This document shows positions 1 through 9,354 of a DNA stretch of 38,115 nucleotides, one piece after another. The stretch comes from an uncultured Dehalococcoidales bacterium (GTDB taxonomy: Bacteria > Chloroflexota > Dehalococcoidia > Dehalococcoidales > JAFGLR01). The position numbers and the translations under genes are program-made. The DNA lies in contig CAZJQF010000001.1 in NCBI GenBank assembly GCA_964547925.1, positions 12,553-50,667 of the forward strand, written 5' to 3'. Position 1 is the first letter of the stretch. Every line of letters begins with the position of its first letter. Under the pieces are notes generated by a model. It did no database searches, had not been told where the DNA came from, and saw only the letters and a list, made by a program, of their open reading frames with translations.

Positions 1-473
1 AGGCCGATAATGAGGTCGGCGGAGATATTGGTAAAGCCGGCCTTTTTGGCGTTCATCACAGCAGCGGTGGCTTGATTTGCACTGTGAATACGGCCGACAC
101 TTCTTAATTCGGTATCGTTAAGCGATTGTACGCCGATAGAAACCCTGTTTATTCCTTTATTTTTTGCGGTATTTAGCAATTCGATAGTCGCTGATTCCGG
201 ATTTGCCTCGATAGTGGCTTCATCCAGTTGGGGAAGGTCGAATGTCCGATACAGGCCACTTAATAAGGTGCTAAGATATTGGGGACCCAATAAACTGGGA
301 GTACCGCCGCCGAGGTAAAGCGTCCGGTATTCCAGACGTTCGTATTTTTGAGCTTCTTTGAGAACCGCTTCAACATAAACAGGAATTGACTCGCCGCTCG
401 AAGGCAGCGAATAAAAATCACAGTAATCGCACTTTTTGACGCAGAAGGGAACGTGTATATATAAACCCCGCAT
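1..473 (-). CDS. hemW: Radical SAM HemW/HemN-family protein (heme chaperone / oxygen-independent coproporphyrinogen oxidase-like). N-terminal part only; the 3' end runs off the window.
   Basis: Not in the ORF track because the window edge truncates it. My reverse-strand translation from ATG 473..471 reads MRGLYIHVPFCVKKCDYCDFYSLPSSGESIPVYVEAVL. This contains the CxxxCxxC radical-SAM cluster motif in HemW/HemN context. Its position directly downstream of lepA is classic. Confidence 0.85.
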   Translation of the reverse strand, partial: MRGLYIHVPFCVKKCDYCDFYSLPSSGESIPVYVEAVLKEAQKYERLEYRTLYLGGGTPSLLGPQYLSTLLSGLYRTFDLPQLDEATIEANPESATIELLNTAKNKGINRVSIGVQSLNDTELRSVGRIHSANQATAAVMNAKKAGFTNISADLIIG

Positions 474-589
474 ATTCCCCTCCCGATAATAATTTAATAC
501 TACGAATACATACCAATATTACAAATAATCCAATATCTTATTATTTTATTATTGAAATATTGGTAGTATTTGACATTTGTAGTATTGAT

Positions 590-2383
590 TTATTCGTCTT
601 CCAGTTTAAGCAATATCAGGAAGGCTTCCTGAGGTATTTCCACCTGACCGACCATTTTCATCTTCTTTTTGCCTTCCTTCTGCTTTTCCAGAAGTTTACG
701 CTTGCGGGAAATATCGCCGCCGTAGCATTTTGCCAGCACGTCTTTACGGGTAGCGACGATGTCTTCACGGGCGATAATCTTGCCGCCGATAACTGCCTGT
801 AGTGGTACTTCAAAGCTATGTCGGGGAATTAGTTTTCTAAGCCGGTGTATCAGCAGGCGGCTTTTCGCAATCGCCCGCTCACGGGTGGCAATAAAAGAAA
901 GGGCGTCTACTTGATTCCCTTTGACCAGGATGTCCACTTTAACTAAATCTCCGGAGCGGTAGCCGGTAAATTCATAGTCCATACTGGCATATCCCCGGCT
1001 GACGCTTTTGAGTTTATCGTAGTAACCGGAAATTACTTCTGCCAGTGGGAAATCGTAGGTTAATTGGGCCCGCCGTATATCGGGATGCTCCAGACCAACG
1101 AGAGTACCGCGTTTTGATTCCGATAGTTCCATCACCGGCCCGATATAATCAGGCGGTACGATAATGCGTGTTTTAATAATCGGCTCTTCGATGTGCTCGA
1201 TAGTCGCAGGGTCGGGAAATTTGGATGGGTTATCAATCATCACGGACTCGCCGTCACGCTTGACTACTTTGTAAATAACCGAAGGCATTGTGGCAATCAG
1301 TTCCTGTCCGTATTCCCGCTTCAGCCGTTCGATGGTGATATCCATATGAAGCATTCCCAGAAAGCCGAGGCGATAGCCGTAGCCCAATGCTGCCGAGGTT
1401 TCCTTTTCAAATATTAAGGATGAATCGTTTAGCTGGAATTTCTCGAGGGCAGCGGTTAGTTTTGGATAATCGCTGGTATTAATGGGGTAAATACCGCAGA
1501 ACACCATCGATTGCGCCCTGCGGAAGCCCGGAATCGCCGGGGTTTCCTTGTGCTCCGGGGAAACAATAGTATCGCCGACGCTGGCGTCGTGTACTTCGCG
1601 GATAACCGCCCCGAGATAACCGACCTCGCCGGCCGTAAGCGTTTCGGTGGGAGCCAAAGCCGGCAGGAAATAACCCACTTCATCGACTTCAAATGTCTTG
1701 CCGGTGGACTTCATCATAATCTTATCGTGTGCCGTCAGTTTGCCGTCGAAAACACGGATGTGCGGAATAACACCGCGGTAAGAATCATAGTAAGAGTCGA
1801 ATATAAGGCAGCTTAACGGATTGCCGGCATCGCCACTCGGTGGCGGGACACGATCCACGACCTCTTCCAGCAACTCCGGGACGCCGATGCCTGATTTGGC
1901 GGAGACCAGTAAAACATCTTTAGAGGAAAGACCGAGCATTTCTTCCAACTGCAATTTACATTCTTCAACCATGGCATTGGGCAAATCTATTTTATTTATT
2001 GCCGGGATAATTTCGAGGTTAGCATCGATTGCCAGATAAGCATTGGCGATGGTCTGGGCTTCGACGCCCTGCGTGGCGTCCACCAGTAAGATAGCCCCTT
2101 CGCAAGCCTTAAGACTGCGGGAAACCTCATAGTTGAAGTCCACGTGGCCGGGCGTATCGATAAGGTTTAAGATATACTTCTCGCCGTTTTTAGCGGTATA
2201 GGGAATGCGGACGGCCTTGGCTTTAATCGTAATGCCGCGTTCCCGTTCCAAATCCATATTGTCCAGCACCTGAGCGACCTCGGTAGTATGAATCACGCCG
2301 GTATGTTCCAGAATACGGTCGGCCAGTGTGGATTTGCCGTGGTCGATATGAGCGATGATACAAAAGTTACGGATGTTTTTCAT
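590..2383 (-). CDS. lepA: Elongation factor 4 (translational GTPase LepA)
   Basis: 597 aa. N-terminus IRNFCIIAHIDHGKSTLADR (G1 motif), DTPGHVDF (G3), NKIDL (G4). The characteristic LepA C-terminal domain ends in a KRKLLEKQKEGKKKMK tail. ATG start at 2383. Confidence 0.97.
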   Translation of the reverse strand: MKNIRNFCIIAHIDHGKSTLADRILEHTGVIHTTEVAQVLDNMDLERERGITIKAKAVRIPYTAKNGEKYILNLIDTPGHVDFNYEVSRSLKACEGAILLVDATQGVEAQTIANAYLAIDANLEIIPAINKIDLPNAMVEECKLQLEEMLGLSSKDVLLVSAKSGIGVPELLEEVVDRVPPPSGDAGNPLSCLIFDSYYDSYRGVIPHIRVFDGKLTAHDKIMMKSTGKTFEVDEVGYFLPALAPTETLTAGEVGYLGAVIREVHDASVGDTIVSPEHKETPAIPGFRRAQSMVFCGIYPINTSDYPKLTAALEKFQLNDSSLIFEKETSAALGYGYRLGFLGMLHMDITIERLKREYGQELIATMPSVIYKVVKRDGESVMIDNPSKFPDPATIEHIEEPIIKTRIIVPPDYIGPVMELSESKRGTLVGLEHPDIRRAQLTYDFPLAEVISGYYDKLKSVSRGYASMDYEFTGYRSGDLVKVDILVKGNQVDALSFIATRERAIAKSRLLIHRLRKLIPRHSFEVPLQAVIGGKIIAREDIVATRKDVLAKCYGGDISRKRKLLEKQKEGKKKMKMVGQVEIPQEAFLILLKLEDE

Positions 2384-2648
2384 TATCGGGTGTTCTTCCC
2401 CATTTCAGTTTCGCAAATAACATCAGGCTTACCAGTATAATAGACGCAACATTGGCGTAAATCAGAGAAGGCCGCATCAGTACGAGGCCGTAGGTCAGCC
2501 AGAAGATGCCTCCTACCAGAAATAAGGCGGTAAAAGTGAGGCTTATTTCACGGGCGCTTCTTAATTTGAACAGACGGTAAACCTGGGGAATCATCGCAAT
2601 AGTTATCAATGTGCCGCCGAGAAATCCGAATAATTCTTCTGTTCCCAA
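2367..2648 (-). CDS. SemiSWEET / PQ-loop family small membrane transporter (3 TM)
   Basis: 93 aa with three hydrophobic helices. The PQ motif sits in the first helix (IAMIPQVYRLFKLRSAREISL), followed by the typical S-x-x-F/L pattern. TTG start preceded by AAGGA. The stop overlaps the lepA start by 17 nt. Confidence 0.72.
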   Translation of the reverse strand: MGTEELFGFLGGTLITIAMIPQVYRLFKLRSAREISLTFTALFLVGGIFWLTYGLVLMRPSLIYANVASIILVSLMLFAKLKWGRTPDNEKHP

Positions 2649-2836
2649 GTCTTGCCATCCTTTTTAAAAATAGTATTCGTAAGCATCTTAAAACTGAAAT
2701 TATTATAACACAGTTGCCCTCGAGTGAGATAGGAAACGAGGCTGATTAAAATACACTTATGACTGATAGCTTAAAACCGATTTATTTTTCTCCTTCTCTT
2801 TTTATTATGTTAAAATACATCTGCAAGGAGTGATAT

Positions 2837-3583
2837 ATGTTTAAGCTTGTTTTACTGCGGCATGGGGAAAGTATCTGGAACAAAGAGAACCGTTTTACCG
2901 GCTGGACGGATGTCGATTTATCGGAAAAGGGGATTGCGGAAGCCAGAAAAGCCGGTCAGGTTCTTAAGGCCGAAGGTTTTACGTTCGATTTAGCTTACAC
3001 CTCCGTACTGAAGCGGGCTATCCGGACTCTCTGGTTAACTCAGGATGAAATGGACCTGATGTGGATACCCGTTTATTTTTCCTGGCGTCTCAACGAGCGG
3101 CATTACGGGGCGTTGCAGGGGCTTAATAAAGCCGAAATGGCGGCTAAATACGGCGAGCCGCAGGTCTTAATCTGGCGGCGCAGTTATGATATCCAGCCGC
3201 CGGCACTGACGCCGGACGACCCTCGTTATCCCGGCAGCGACTTGCGTTATAAAGAACTTTCCGTTAAAGATATCCCGCTGACCGAATGTCTGAAAGATAC
3301 AGTTGCCCGGTTTATGCCTTACTGGAATGAAAAAATAGCTCCCGCTATTCTATCCGGCAAAAAGGTATTGATTTCCGCTCACGGGAACAGCCTGCGGGCA
3401 CTGGTCAAATATCTGGATAATGTCAGTGAGAAAGATATTGTCGAACTTAATATTCCCACCGGAATTCCGCTCGTCTATGAACTGGATAATTATCTTCAAC
3501 CGGTCCGCCATTACTATCTCGGTGATGAAGCAGAAGTAAAAAAAGCTATGGATGCCGTAGCGAAACAAGGTAAAGCTAAATAA
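2837..3583 (+). CDS. gpmA: 2,3-bisphosphoglycerate-dependent phosphoglycerate mutase
   Basis: [29 protein letters not shown] (catalytic RHGE motif), ERHYGALQG, and AHGNSLRAL (second catalytic His). AAGGAG Shine-Dalgarno 7 nt upstream of the ATG. Confidence 0.95.
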   Translation: MFKLVLLRHGESIWNKENRFTGWTDVDLSEKGIAEARKAGQVLKAEGFTFDLAYTSVLKRAIRTLWLTQDEMDLMWIPVYFSWRLNERHYGALQGLNKAEMAAKYGEPQVLIWRRSYDIQPPALTPDDPRYPGSDLRYKELSVKDIPLTECLKDTVARFMPYWNEKIAPAILSGKKVLISAHGNSLRALVKYLDNVSEKDIVELNIPTGIPLVYELDNYLQPVRHYYLGDEAEVKKAMDAVAKQGKAK

Positions 3584-3613
3584 TATAAAAACCCGGCTAA
3601 CGGAGGGTTTGCT

Positions 3614-4045
3614 ATGTTGGAAGAAACTATAATTTCTCATTTAATAAGACCCGAGGATTTGCAACACCATGGTACATTGTTTGCCGGAAGAATGGCGGAA
3701 TGGTTTGTCGAGACGTGTTTTATTGCTGCCTGCCGTCTGACCGGTAAGCCGCAAGACATTGTCTGCGTTCAAGTTCACGGTATGAATTTTAAAAAACCGG
3801 CGAATAACGGTGATATTATTGAAATTAAAAGCAGGGTCGCTTATCTTAGCCGTACCAGTATTACTGTTCACGGACAGGCTTTTATAAATCAGAATAAGGC
3901 CTCGGCAGTATCGGGAATGATTACTTTTGTTACGGTGGATAAAGAAAATAAACCTTACGCTCACGGGCTGGTATTGTCTGAGGAATATATATCCCGAAAC
4001 CGGGAAATTAATGATGAAGCTGTAACAATCAAAAAAACGCGGTAG
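3614..4045 (+). CDS. Acyl-CoA thioesterase, hotdog fold (YciA/Acot-like)
   Basis: 143 aa. The length and the N-terminal HGTLFAGRMAEWFVE segment followed by a beta-rich region are typical of single-hotdog acyl-CoA hydrolases. GGAGGG SD upstream. Confidence 0.62.
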   Translation: MLEETIISHLIRPEDLQHHGTLFAGRMAEWFVETCFIAACRLTGKPQDIVCVQVHGMNFKKPANNGDIIEIKSRVAYLSRTSITVHGQAFINQNKASAVSGMITFVTVDKENKPYAHGLVLSEEYISRNREINDEAVTIKKTR

Positions 4046-4137
4046 TCGCTCATTTTCTTCCATTCACATTGAGTCTGTAATACTTTCGCTCTTTCACCGT
4101 ATATTAATTTAGAAAATCATAACTGAGGGTTGTCCTG

Positions 4138-4590
4138 ATGCTGGAGCGAAGAAGTATCTTTTTATTAACAGTAATAATCGTGGCGACTGCCTTACTCGTT
4201 GTGGGGTGTGTTGCTACGGCCGATAAATCCATAACGATCGATTTCAGCAAACTTTTAAACAATCCCGAGAAATATAACGGCAAAACGGTGTCCGTCGAAG
4301 GTTATTTCTTTTCCGGTTTTGAAATCTCGGTTCTTTCCGGTAGTTTACAATCATCTTCGTTCCGTGAAGGGAATGTGGCGCCGGTAACCCCAATGATATG
4401 GTTAACCGGCACTTATCCGGAGAATTTTCGAGACGGACTTAGAAAGCAAAGTGTTACTCCGTCCGGTTATACGGAGTATTACGGCAAGGTCAGAATTACC
4501 GGTGTCTTTCAATACGGTTCGGAATACGGTCATATGAACGCTTATGATTATAAAATCACGGTTAGTGAATTTGCAGTGCAGTCTGACTAG
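4138..4590 (+). CDS. Hypothetical lipoprotein
   Basis: 150 aa. Signal peptide with lipobox LLVVGC. GAGGG SD. I recognise no family. Confidence 0.55.
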   Translation: MLERRSIFLLTVIIVATALLVVGCVATADKSITIDFSKLLNNPEKYNGKTVSVEGYFFSGFEISVLSGSLQSSSFREGNVAPVTPMIWLTGTYPENFRDGLRKQSVTPSGYTEYYGKVRITGVFQYGSEYGHMNAYDYKITVSEFAVQSD

Positions 4591-6020
4591 TTGATTCTCT
4601 CAACCTTTAGCAAGTTCGTAGTGCCTGCCTGGCCTAAAGGCACACCGCCGGTAATTACAATCAAATCACCCGGTTTAGCCAATTTTGTTTCGCGGCATAA
4701 TCTAACCGCGGTTTCGAACATCCCGGATATATTAGATACCGGTTTACCGTATGCCGGGTACACTCCCCAGCAAAGCCGTAATTGACCGCTGACTCTGTTT
4801 GTCGACGTAATAGCCAGTACCGGCGTTTGCGGGCGAAAACGGGAGACCCTGCGGGCAGTACTGCCGGACTGCGTAAAGGCAACAATAGCGACAGCTTTTA
4901 ACCGGTAGGCCGTCAGACAGGCATTATAGCTGATTAGTTCGTCCGTAACCGGTTCAATCCAGCTGCCTCTTTCATTCAGCATTTGCTCGTAAGGAAGCAT
5001 TTTCTCAGCTTCTTTAGCTATCCGTGCCATCATCGAGACAGCTGCCACCGGATGCTTGCCGATAGCGGTTTCCGCCGAAAGCATTACGGCGTCAGTGCCG
5101 TCGAATATTGCATTAGTTACATCGGTTGCTTCGGCACGGGTCGGCCTGTTCGAATTTATCATCGACTCCAGCATCTCCGTGGCCGTGATGACCGGTTTAC
5201 TGGAACGGTTGCACTTACGGATAATCTCCTTCTGTAATAAAGGGACTTTCTCGAGAGGAATCTCTACTCCCAGGTCGCCGCGAGCTACCATAACGGTATC
5301 GCTAGCTTCCAAAATATCATCGAGGTTCTTTATTGCTTCTTCACGCTCGATTTTAGAAATGATTGGTATATCCGTACCGTTTTCCCGAAGTAGATTTTTA
5401 ACGCTGATAATATCATCGACACTGCCGACAAAAGATAACGCTACGAAGTCCGGTTTTTGCTCTGCCGCAAATAGAATGTCCTGTTTCATAGTCGGCGTTA
5501 TAAACGGTGCGGAAATATGTCTGCCCGGCACGACGATTCCTTTGTTGGATTCCAGCACCCCGCCGTTTTTGACACGGCATTTAACCGTGGTTTCGTCAGC
5601 AGTATCCACAAGTAAAGATAAGAGCCCGTCCGCCAGCAAAATTGTATCGCCCCGGCGCACATCGTGCGGTAATTCGGGTAGGTTAATGGGTAATATTTGA
5701 TTATTGCCTTCAATGTTGTTTGTGGTTAAAGTAACTGAGTCTCCCTTTTTCAAAAGGACACTGCCATTTTTTATCCGGCCGATACGGTATTTAGGCCCGG
5801 GTAAATCTATCATGGTAGAAATATTGTGTTCCGTATGCCGGTTTAGCCTGTTGATTATCCGCATATGTTGTGCGTGGCCGGTGAGTGTGCCGTGAGAGAG
5901 GTTAAGCCGCGCGATATCCATTCCCGCCCGGACAAGCCGCTCAATCATTTCCGGAGAACCGGTAGCGGGACCAAGCGTACAAATAATTTTAGTGCGGCGG
6001 TTGACAATCTTTGATATCAT
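4587..6020 (-). CDS. pyk: Pyruvate kinase
   Basis: 477 aa. RRTKIICTLGPA N-terminus, ARLNLSHG, MVARGDLGVEIP, and ATEMLESM(I)NSNRPTRAEATDVTNA, all canonical PK motifs. Confidence 0.95.
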   Translation of the reverse strand: MISKIVNRRTKIICTLGPATGSPEMIERLVRAGMDIARLNLSHGTLTGHAQHMRIINRLNRHTEHNISTMIDLPGPKYRIGRIKNGSVLLKKGDSVTLTTNNIEGNNQILPINLPELPHDVRRGDTILLADGLLSLLVDTADETTVKCRVKNGGVLESNKGIVVPGRHISAPFITPTMKQDILFAAEQKPDFVALSFVGSVDDIISVKNLLRENGTDIPIISKIEREEAIKNLDDILEASDTVMVARGDLGVEIPLEKVPLLQKEIIRKCNRSSKPVITATEMLESMINSNRPTRAEATDVTNAIFDGTDAVMLSAETAIGKHPVAAVSMMARIAKEAEKMLPYEQMLNERGSWIEPVTDELISYNACLTAYRLKAVAIVAFTQSGSTARRVSRFRPQTPVLAITSTNRVSGQLRLCWGVYPAYGKPVSNISGMFETAVRLCRETKLAKPGDLIVITGGVPLGQAGTTNLLKVERIN

Positions 6021-6063
6021 CTCAGAATTAATAATACCAGAAATAATAAATAATTGTCCGGAT

Positions 6064-6098
6064 AAAAAAACAGGCGGGTGATATCACCCGCCTGTTTT
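6064..6098 (-). terminator. Rho-independent terminator downstream of the AMP-ligase gene
   Basis: Perfect 24-nt GC-rich palindrome CAGGCGGGTGAT/ATCACCCGCCTG (6071..6094). On the minus strand it is followed by a run of 7 T (plus-strand A-run 6064..6070). It lies 20 nt past the ligase stop. Confidence 0.75.
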
Positions 6099-6115
6099 AT
6101 AAACAATAACTTAAG

Positions 6116-7738
6116 TTATTCGCGCAGTTTGTAGCGTTGTATCTTGCCGGTGGAGGTCTTGGGCAAGTCAGCAACGAATTCAACCCATCTCGGGTATTTA
6201 TACGGGGCGATAGTTTTCTTAACAAACGCCTGGATTTCTTTCGCTAATTCATCCGAACCGGTAAAACCCTTTTTAAGGACGATATAGGCTTTCGGTTTTA
6301 CCAACAGGTGCTCATCGCCTTTAGCGACTACAGCAGCCTCTTTTACGGCGGGATGAGAGACCAGGACGTCTTCGATTTCAATCGGGGAAACCCAGATACC
6401 GCCGACTTTGAGCATATCGTCACCGCGGCCGCAGTAATAGTAATACCCTTCCGCATCGCGGTAATACTTATCACCCGTATTGAAATACTGACCTAACATC
6501 GAGGACTTGGTCTTATCATGATGACGGTAATAATATGCAGCGGTTGACTCACCTTTTACCTGCAGGTTGCCCACTTCTCCGTCCGGGACTTCCTTCCCCT
6601 TGTCATCGACAATTTTGGCATGATAACCGGGAACGATTTTTCCCGAGCTGCCAGGTTTAACGTCGCCCGGCCGGTTGGAAATGAAGATATGCAGCAGCTC
6701 TGTAGAGCCGATTCCATCGAGAATATCTAACCCGGTTCTCTTTTTCCAGGAATTATATATTTCTTTTGGCAAAGCTTCACCGGCGGATGTGCATATGCGT
6801 AGCGATGATAAATCGTATTTTTTCTCGAAGTCCTCAACTTCCAGTAGATTGGCATACAAAGTCGGGACGCCGAAAAATACCGTCGGATGGTATTTGTTAA
6901 TTGTAGCTAATACCGTTTCGGCCGTCGGTCTGTCCGGTAATAAAACAACGGAAGCCCCGACACCCAGCGAATAGAAGAAACTGTTACCTAACCCGTAAGC
7001 GAAGAAGAACTTCGAACCGGAAAGTAATATATCGTTTTGATTCAGGCCGAGCGTGCCTTTGGCGTAGCTGTCGACGCAGGTGAAAACATCGTGCTGGAGG
7101 TGAACGGCTGCTTTAGGAACGCCGGTGCTGCCCGAGGTATAGTTCCAGAAAGCCGAATCTTCGTAAGTCGTATAAGCCACATTGAGTTTTTCCGAACAGC
7201 GGTCGACAATATCATAAAAACCGATATGATTGGCTTTCGTCTTTTTACCGATGATAATCGTATTTTCAAGGTAAAGCAGCTTTTCCTTAAAGCCCTCGAT
7301 ATCTTCGATAAAATCGCCATCGGCGATAATCGTACGTGCCCGGCTGTTATTTAAAAGGTACCTGTAATCGTCAGGTGTATACATCGTATTAAGCGGAACA
7401 GGGACCGCTCCGATTTTTATCGCGCCGAAAAAGCTGGCCATAGCTTCCGGTGAGTCGTACATAACCAGTAAGACGCGTTCTTCCATGTGAACGCCAAGGA
7501 TATGCAAGGCATTGCCTACTTTGTTTATCAGGTTTTGCATTTCGCGGTAGGTGTATGTTTTATCCTTGTAATAGACGGCGATTTTATCGCCCAGACCGTT
7601 GGCAACCTGTTCATCGATTAATTTTGTGGTGATATTGTAGTACTGGGGAATAAAGCTTTCGTATTTATAATGACGTTGTTCCAACTCCGCATCCTCCTCA
7701 TATAAGTGATACGCACTACTTAAGTTAATATTAACCAA
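6116..7738 (-). CDS. AMP-dependent acyl-/aryl-CoA ligase, benzoate/4-hydroxybenzoate-CoA ligase-like
   Basis: AMP-binding motif YTSGSTGVPKAAVH, GEALP, YRTGD-like NTGDKYYRD, GRGDDMLKVGGIWVSPIEIE, and C-terminal PKTSTGKIQR. The track start is TTG at 7738 with no SD. An in-frame TTG at 7684 sits 7 nt after a strong GAGGAGGA and is the likelier start. Confidence 0.9.
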   Translation of the reverse strand: MVNINLSSAYHLYEEDAELEQRHYKYESFIPQYYNITTKLIDEQVANGLGDKIAVYYKDKTYTYREMQNLINKVGNALHILGVHMEERVLLVMYDSPEAMASFFGAIKIGAVPVPLNTMYTPDDYRYLLNNSRARTIIADGDFIEDIEGFKEKLLYLENTIIIGKKTKANHIGFYDIVDRCSEKLNVAYTTYEDSAFWNYTSGSTGVPKAAVHLQHDVFTCVDSYAKGTLGLNQNDILLSGSKFFFAYGLGNSFFYSLGVGASVVLLPDRPTAETVLATINKYHPTVFFGVPTLYANLLEVEDFEKKYDLSSLRICTSAGEALPKEIYNSWKKRTGLDILDGIGSTELLHIFISNRPGDVKPGSSGKIVPGYHAKIVDDKGKEVPDGEVGNLQVKGESTAAYYYRHHDKTKSSMLGQYFNTGDKYYRDAEGYYYYCGRGDDMLKVGGIWVSPIEIEDVLVSHPAVKEAAVVAKGDEHLLVKPKAYIVLKKGFTGSDELAKEIQAFVKKTIAPYKYPRWVEFVADLPKTSTGKIQRYKLRE

Positions 7739-7869
7739 ATCAGGAGGGTGTTTTCAAATAGTTGAAGATGTTTAAACTGCGGTAAGGTATTTTTGCGGTG
7801 ATAAAAAGTATTAGGTAGAATGGATGATGTGACTGCAATTAGATTTGGTACATTGAAGGATAAATTGTT

Positions 7870-8739
7870 TTGAAAGGGTTACTGCGAGTATCACTCTTAT
7901 TAGTTTTAGTCACCACCGGTTTATTTCTGGCAAGCTGTATTCAAGCCCCGGTACCCGAAAATGGCCTTACGGTTTACTTTCTAGACATCGGGCAGGGGGA
8001 TGCCGTCTTAATAGATAACGGTAATACTGAGGTATTAATTGACGGAGGTGGTAATTATTCCCTGGTACAGCCTTTTTTGCAAAAGTATGTTGATGGGAAG
8101 CTGGAAGTAATGGTGGCGACTCATGCTCATGCCGACCATATTGGCGGTCTCACCGGAGTATTAAATTCGTATGAAGTCGAGCAAATCTGGCATAGCGGTG
8201 ATACGAGCACTTCGAAAACTTATATCACTTTTATAGAAGCAGTGAATAATGAGGGAGCAGCGGTACATACAGGGAAACGCGGAGATTTAATTACTACGGG
8301 AAATTTATCTTTTGAGGTATTAAATCCGGATTCTCCAAACGGTACATCGAATAATAATAGCTTAGTACTCTGGATGAGGTACGGGAATATTGATTTCCTG
8401 TTTGAGGGAGATGCGGAGGAGGAAGCGGAAAAAGAAATATTAATGGCATTCGGCCTGGTATTAAGAAATATCGAAATATTGAAACTGGGACATCACGGGT
8501 CCCGGACCGCTTCGTCACCGGATTATTTAGCGGCCGTACATCCGGCAGTGGCAATTTACATGGCCGGAAAAGGGAATACATACGGGCATCCGCATCAGGA
8601 AACTTTAACCAATCTGGAAAATATCGGAGCCCGTATATTAGGAACGGATGTTAATGGTACAATCAGCGTATCGACCGATGGGCAAATATATACTATACAA
8701 ATCGAAAAGGCCGGAATAGCGCAGGCACCCCAGCAATAA
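7870..8739 (+). CDS. ComEC/Rec2-related metallo-beta-lactamase-fold hydrolase, lipoprotein
   Basis: Signal peptide plus lipobox (LFLASC). VYFLDIGQGDAVLI, the HxHxDH motif (ATHAHADHIGG), and a later GHHGS are typical of the ComEC C-terminal MBL domain family. TTG start. Confidence 0.8.
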   Translation: MKGLLRVSLLLVLVTTGLFLASCIQAPVPENGLTVYFLDIGQGDAVLIDNGNTEVLIDGGGNYSLVQPFLQKYVDGKLEVMVATHAHADHIGGLTGVLNSYEVEQIWHSGDTSTSKTYITFIEAVNNEGAAVHTGKRGDLITTGNLSFEVLNPDSPNGTSNNNSLVLWMRYGNIDFLFEGDAEEEAEKEILMAFGLVLRNIEILKLGHHGSRTASSPDYLAAVHPAVAIYMAGKGNTYGHPHQETLTNLENIGARILGTDVNGTISVSTDGQIYTIQIEKAGIAQAPQQ

Positions 8740-8754
8740 GTTATTTATTTTAAC

Positions 8755-9111
8755 TTATTTTTCCATGGTTAATATCGGTTTGTAAGTTGTAAGACTTGTG
8801 GTCTTATATTTACTATCGAAATCGACTTCTTTCGTCCAATTCATAATCTCTCGGATTTCAGGGCTGGCACCGAATTTCCCCCCCTTCGGAAAAACATCTT
8901 CTTCACTCTCAAACTCTAATACCATTAAATAATTATTTTCCTTTGCAGGTTCATCCGGCGGCGTAAGTGCTTCCAGAAGGGTAATTTTCTTCACACCTTT
9001 ATATTTAAAAAATATTGGTGTAAAGCCATCGGTTAGTAATTTCTTGTTTTTCGCCTGTTCTTTGCCGATACTCACATAAGACGCAACGTTAAATGCCGGT
9101 TTTTTACTCAT
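8755..9111 (-). CDS. Hypothetical protein
   Basis: 118-aa ORF with ATG start and no recognisable motif. Supported only by ORF length and its fit between neighbouring features. Confidence 0.45.
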   Translation of the reverse strand: MSKKPAFNVASYVSIGKEQAKNKKLLTDGFTPIFFKYKGVKKITLLEALTPPDEPAKENNYLMVLEFESEEDVFPKGGKFGASPEIREIMNWTKEVDFDSKYKTTSLTTYKPILTMEK

Positions 9112-9194
9112 TCGAATTCTCCTTTCCCCTATTTTGAGCTAATTGATTAAGACTGTCAACATCGCCCTTGTGATAAGTTATCCCTGGGGAAAGT

Positions 9195-9223
9195 TTGCTG
9201 ATGGGGTCTCGGTTAGCTATAAT
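9195..9223 (+). promoter_or_regulatory. Putative sigma70-type promoter of tRNA-Ser
   Basis: TTGCTG (9195..9200), a 17-nt spacer, then TATAAT (9218..9223). It lies 35 nt upstream of the mature tRNA 5' end. Confidence 0.45.
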
Positions 9224-9258
9224 TAAATGGCTGTAAAAATTTATTTTATAGGCATCAT

Positions 9259-9348
9259 GGAGAGGTGACTGAGAGGCCGATAGTGCCGCTCTCGAAAAGC
9301 GGTTCCCGATTTTTCGGGACGTGGGTTCGAATCCCACCCTCTCCGCCA
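9259..9348 (+). tRNA. tRNA-Ser (anticodon CGA), type II with long variable arm, CCA encoded
   Basis: Folded by hand. Acceptor GGAGAGG/CCTCTCC; 3-bp D stem ACT/AGT; anticodon stem CCGCT/AGCGG with loop CTCGAAA. Variable arm is the hairpin TTCCCGATTTTTCGGGAC. T arm GTGGG-TTCGAAT-CCCAC, discriminator G, then CCA. Confidence 0.93.
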
Positions 9349-9354
9349 TTTTTA

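Noticed and set aside
510-570. AT-only inverted repeat ATACCAATATT ... AATATTGGTA between lepA and hemW
   Set aside because: The loop is long (about 36 nt) and the stem is purely A/T. That is too weak to call a terminator or operator, and such repeats are common by chance in AT-rich spacers.
5056-5700. 214-aa plus-strand ORF inside pyk. Similar long antisense ORFs lie at 26076..26693 (inside the URO-D gene), 21754..22101 (inside lrp), 36107..36505 (inside pyrC) and 17849..18217 (inside the AAA ATPase).
   Set aside because: All lie fully antisense to genes with unambiguous family motifs. Their products are low-complexity (Ser/Arg/Pro/Ile rich) and carry no SD. They are shadow ORFs.
9104-9349. 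81-aa minus-strand ORF (MAERVGFEPTSRK...)
   Set aside because: It is the antisense translation of tRNA-Ser; the VGFEP pattern is a typical tRNA T-arm artefact. The tRNA cloverleaf explains the sequence.
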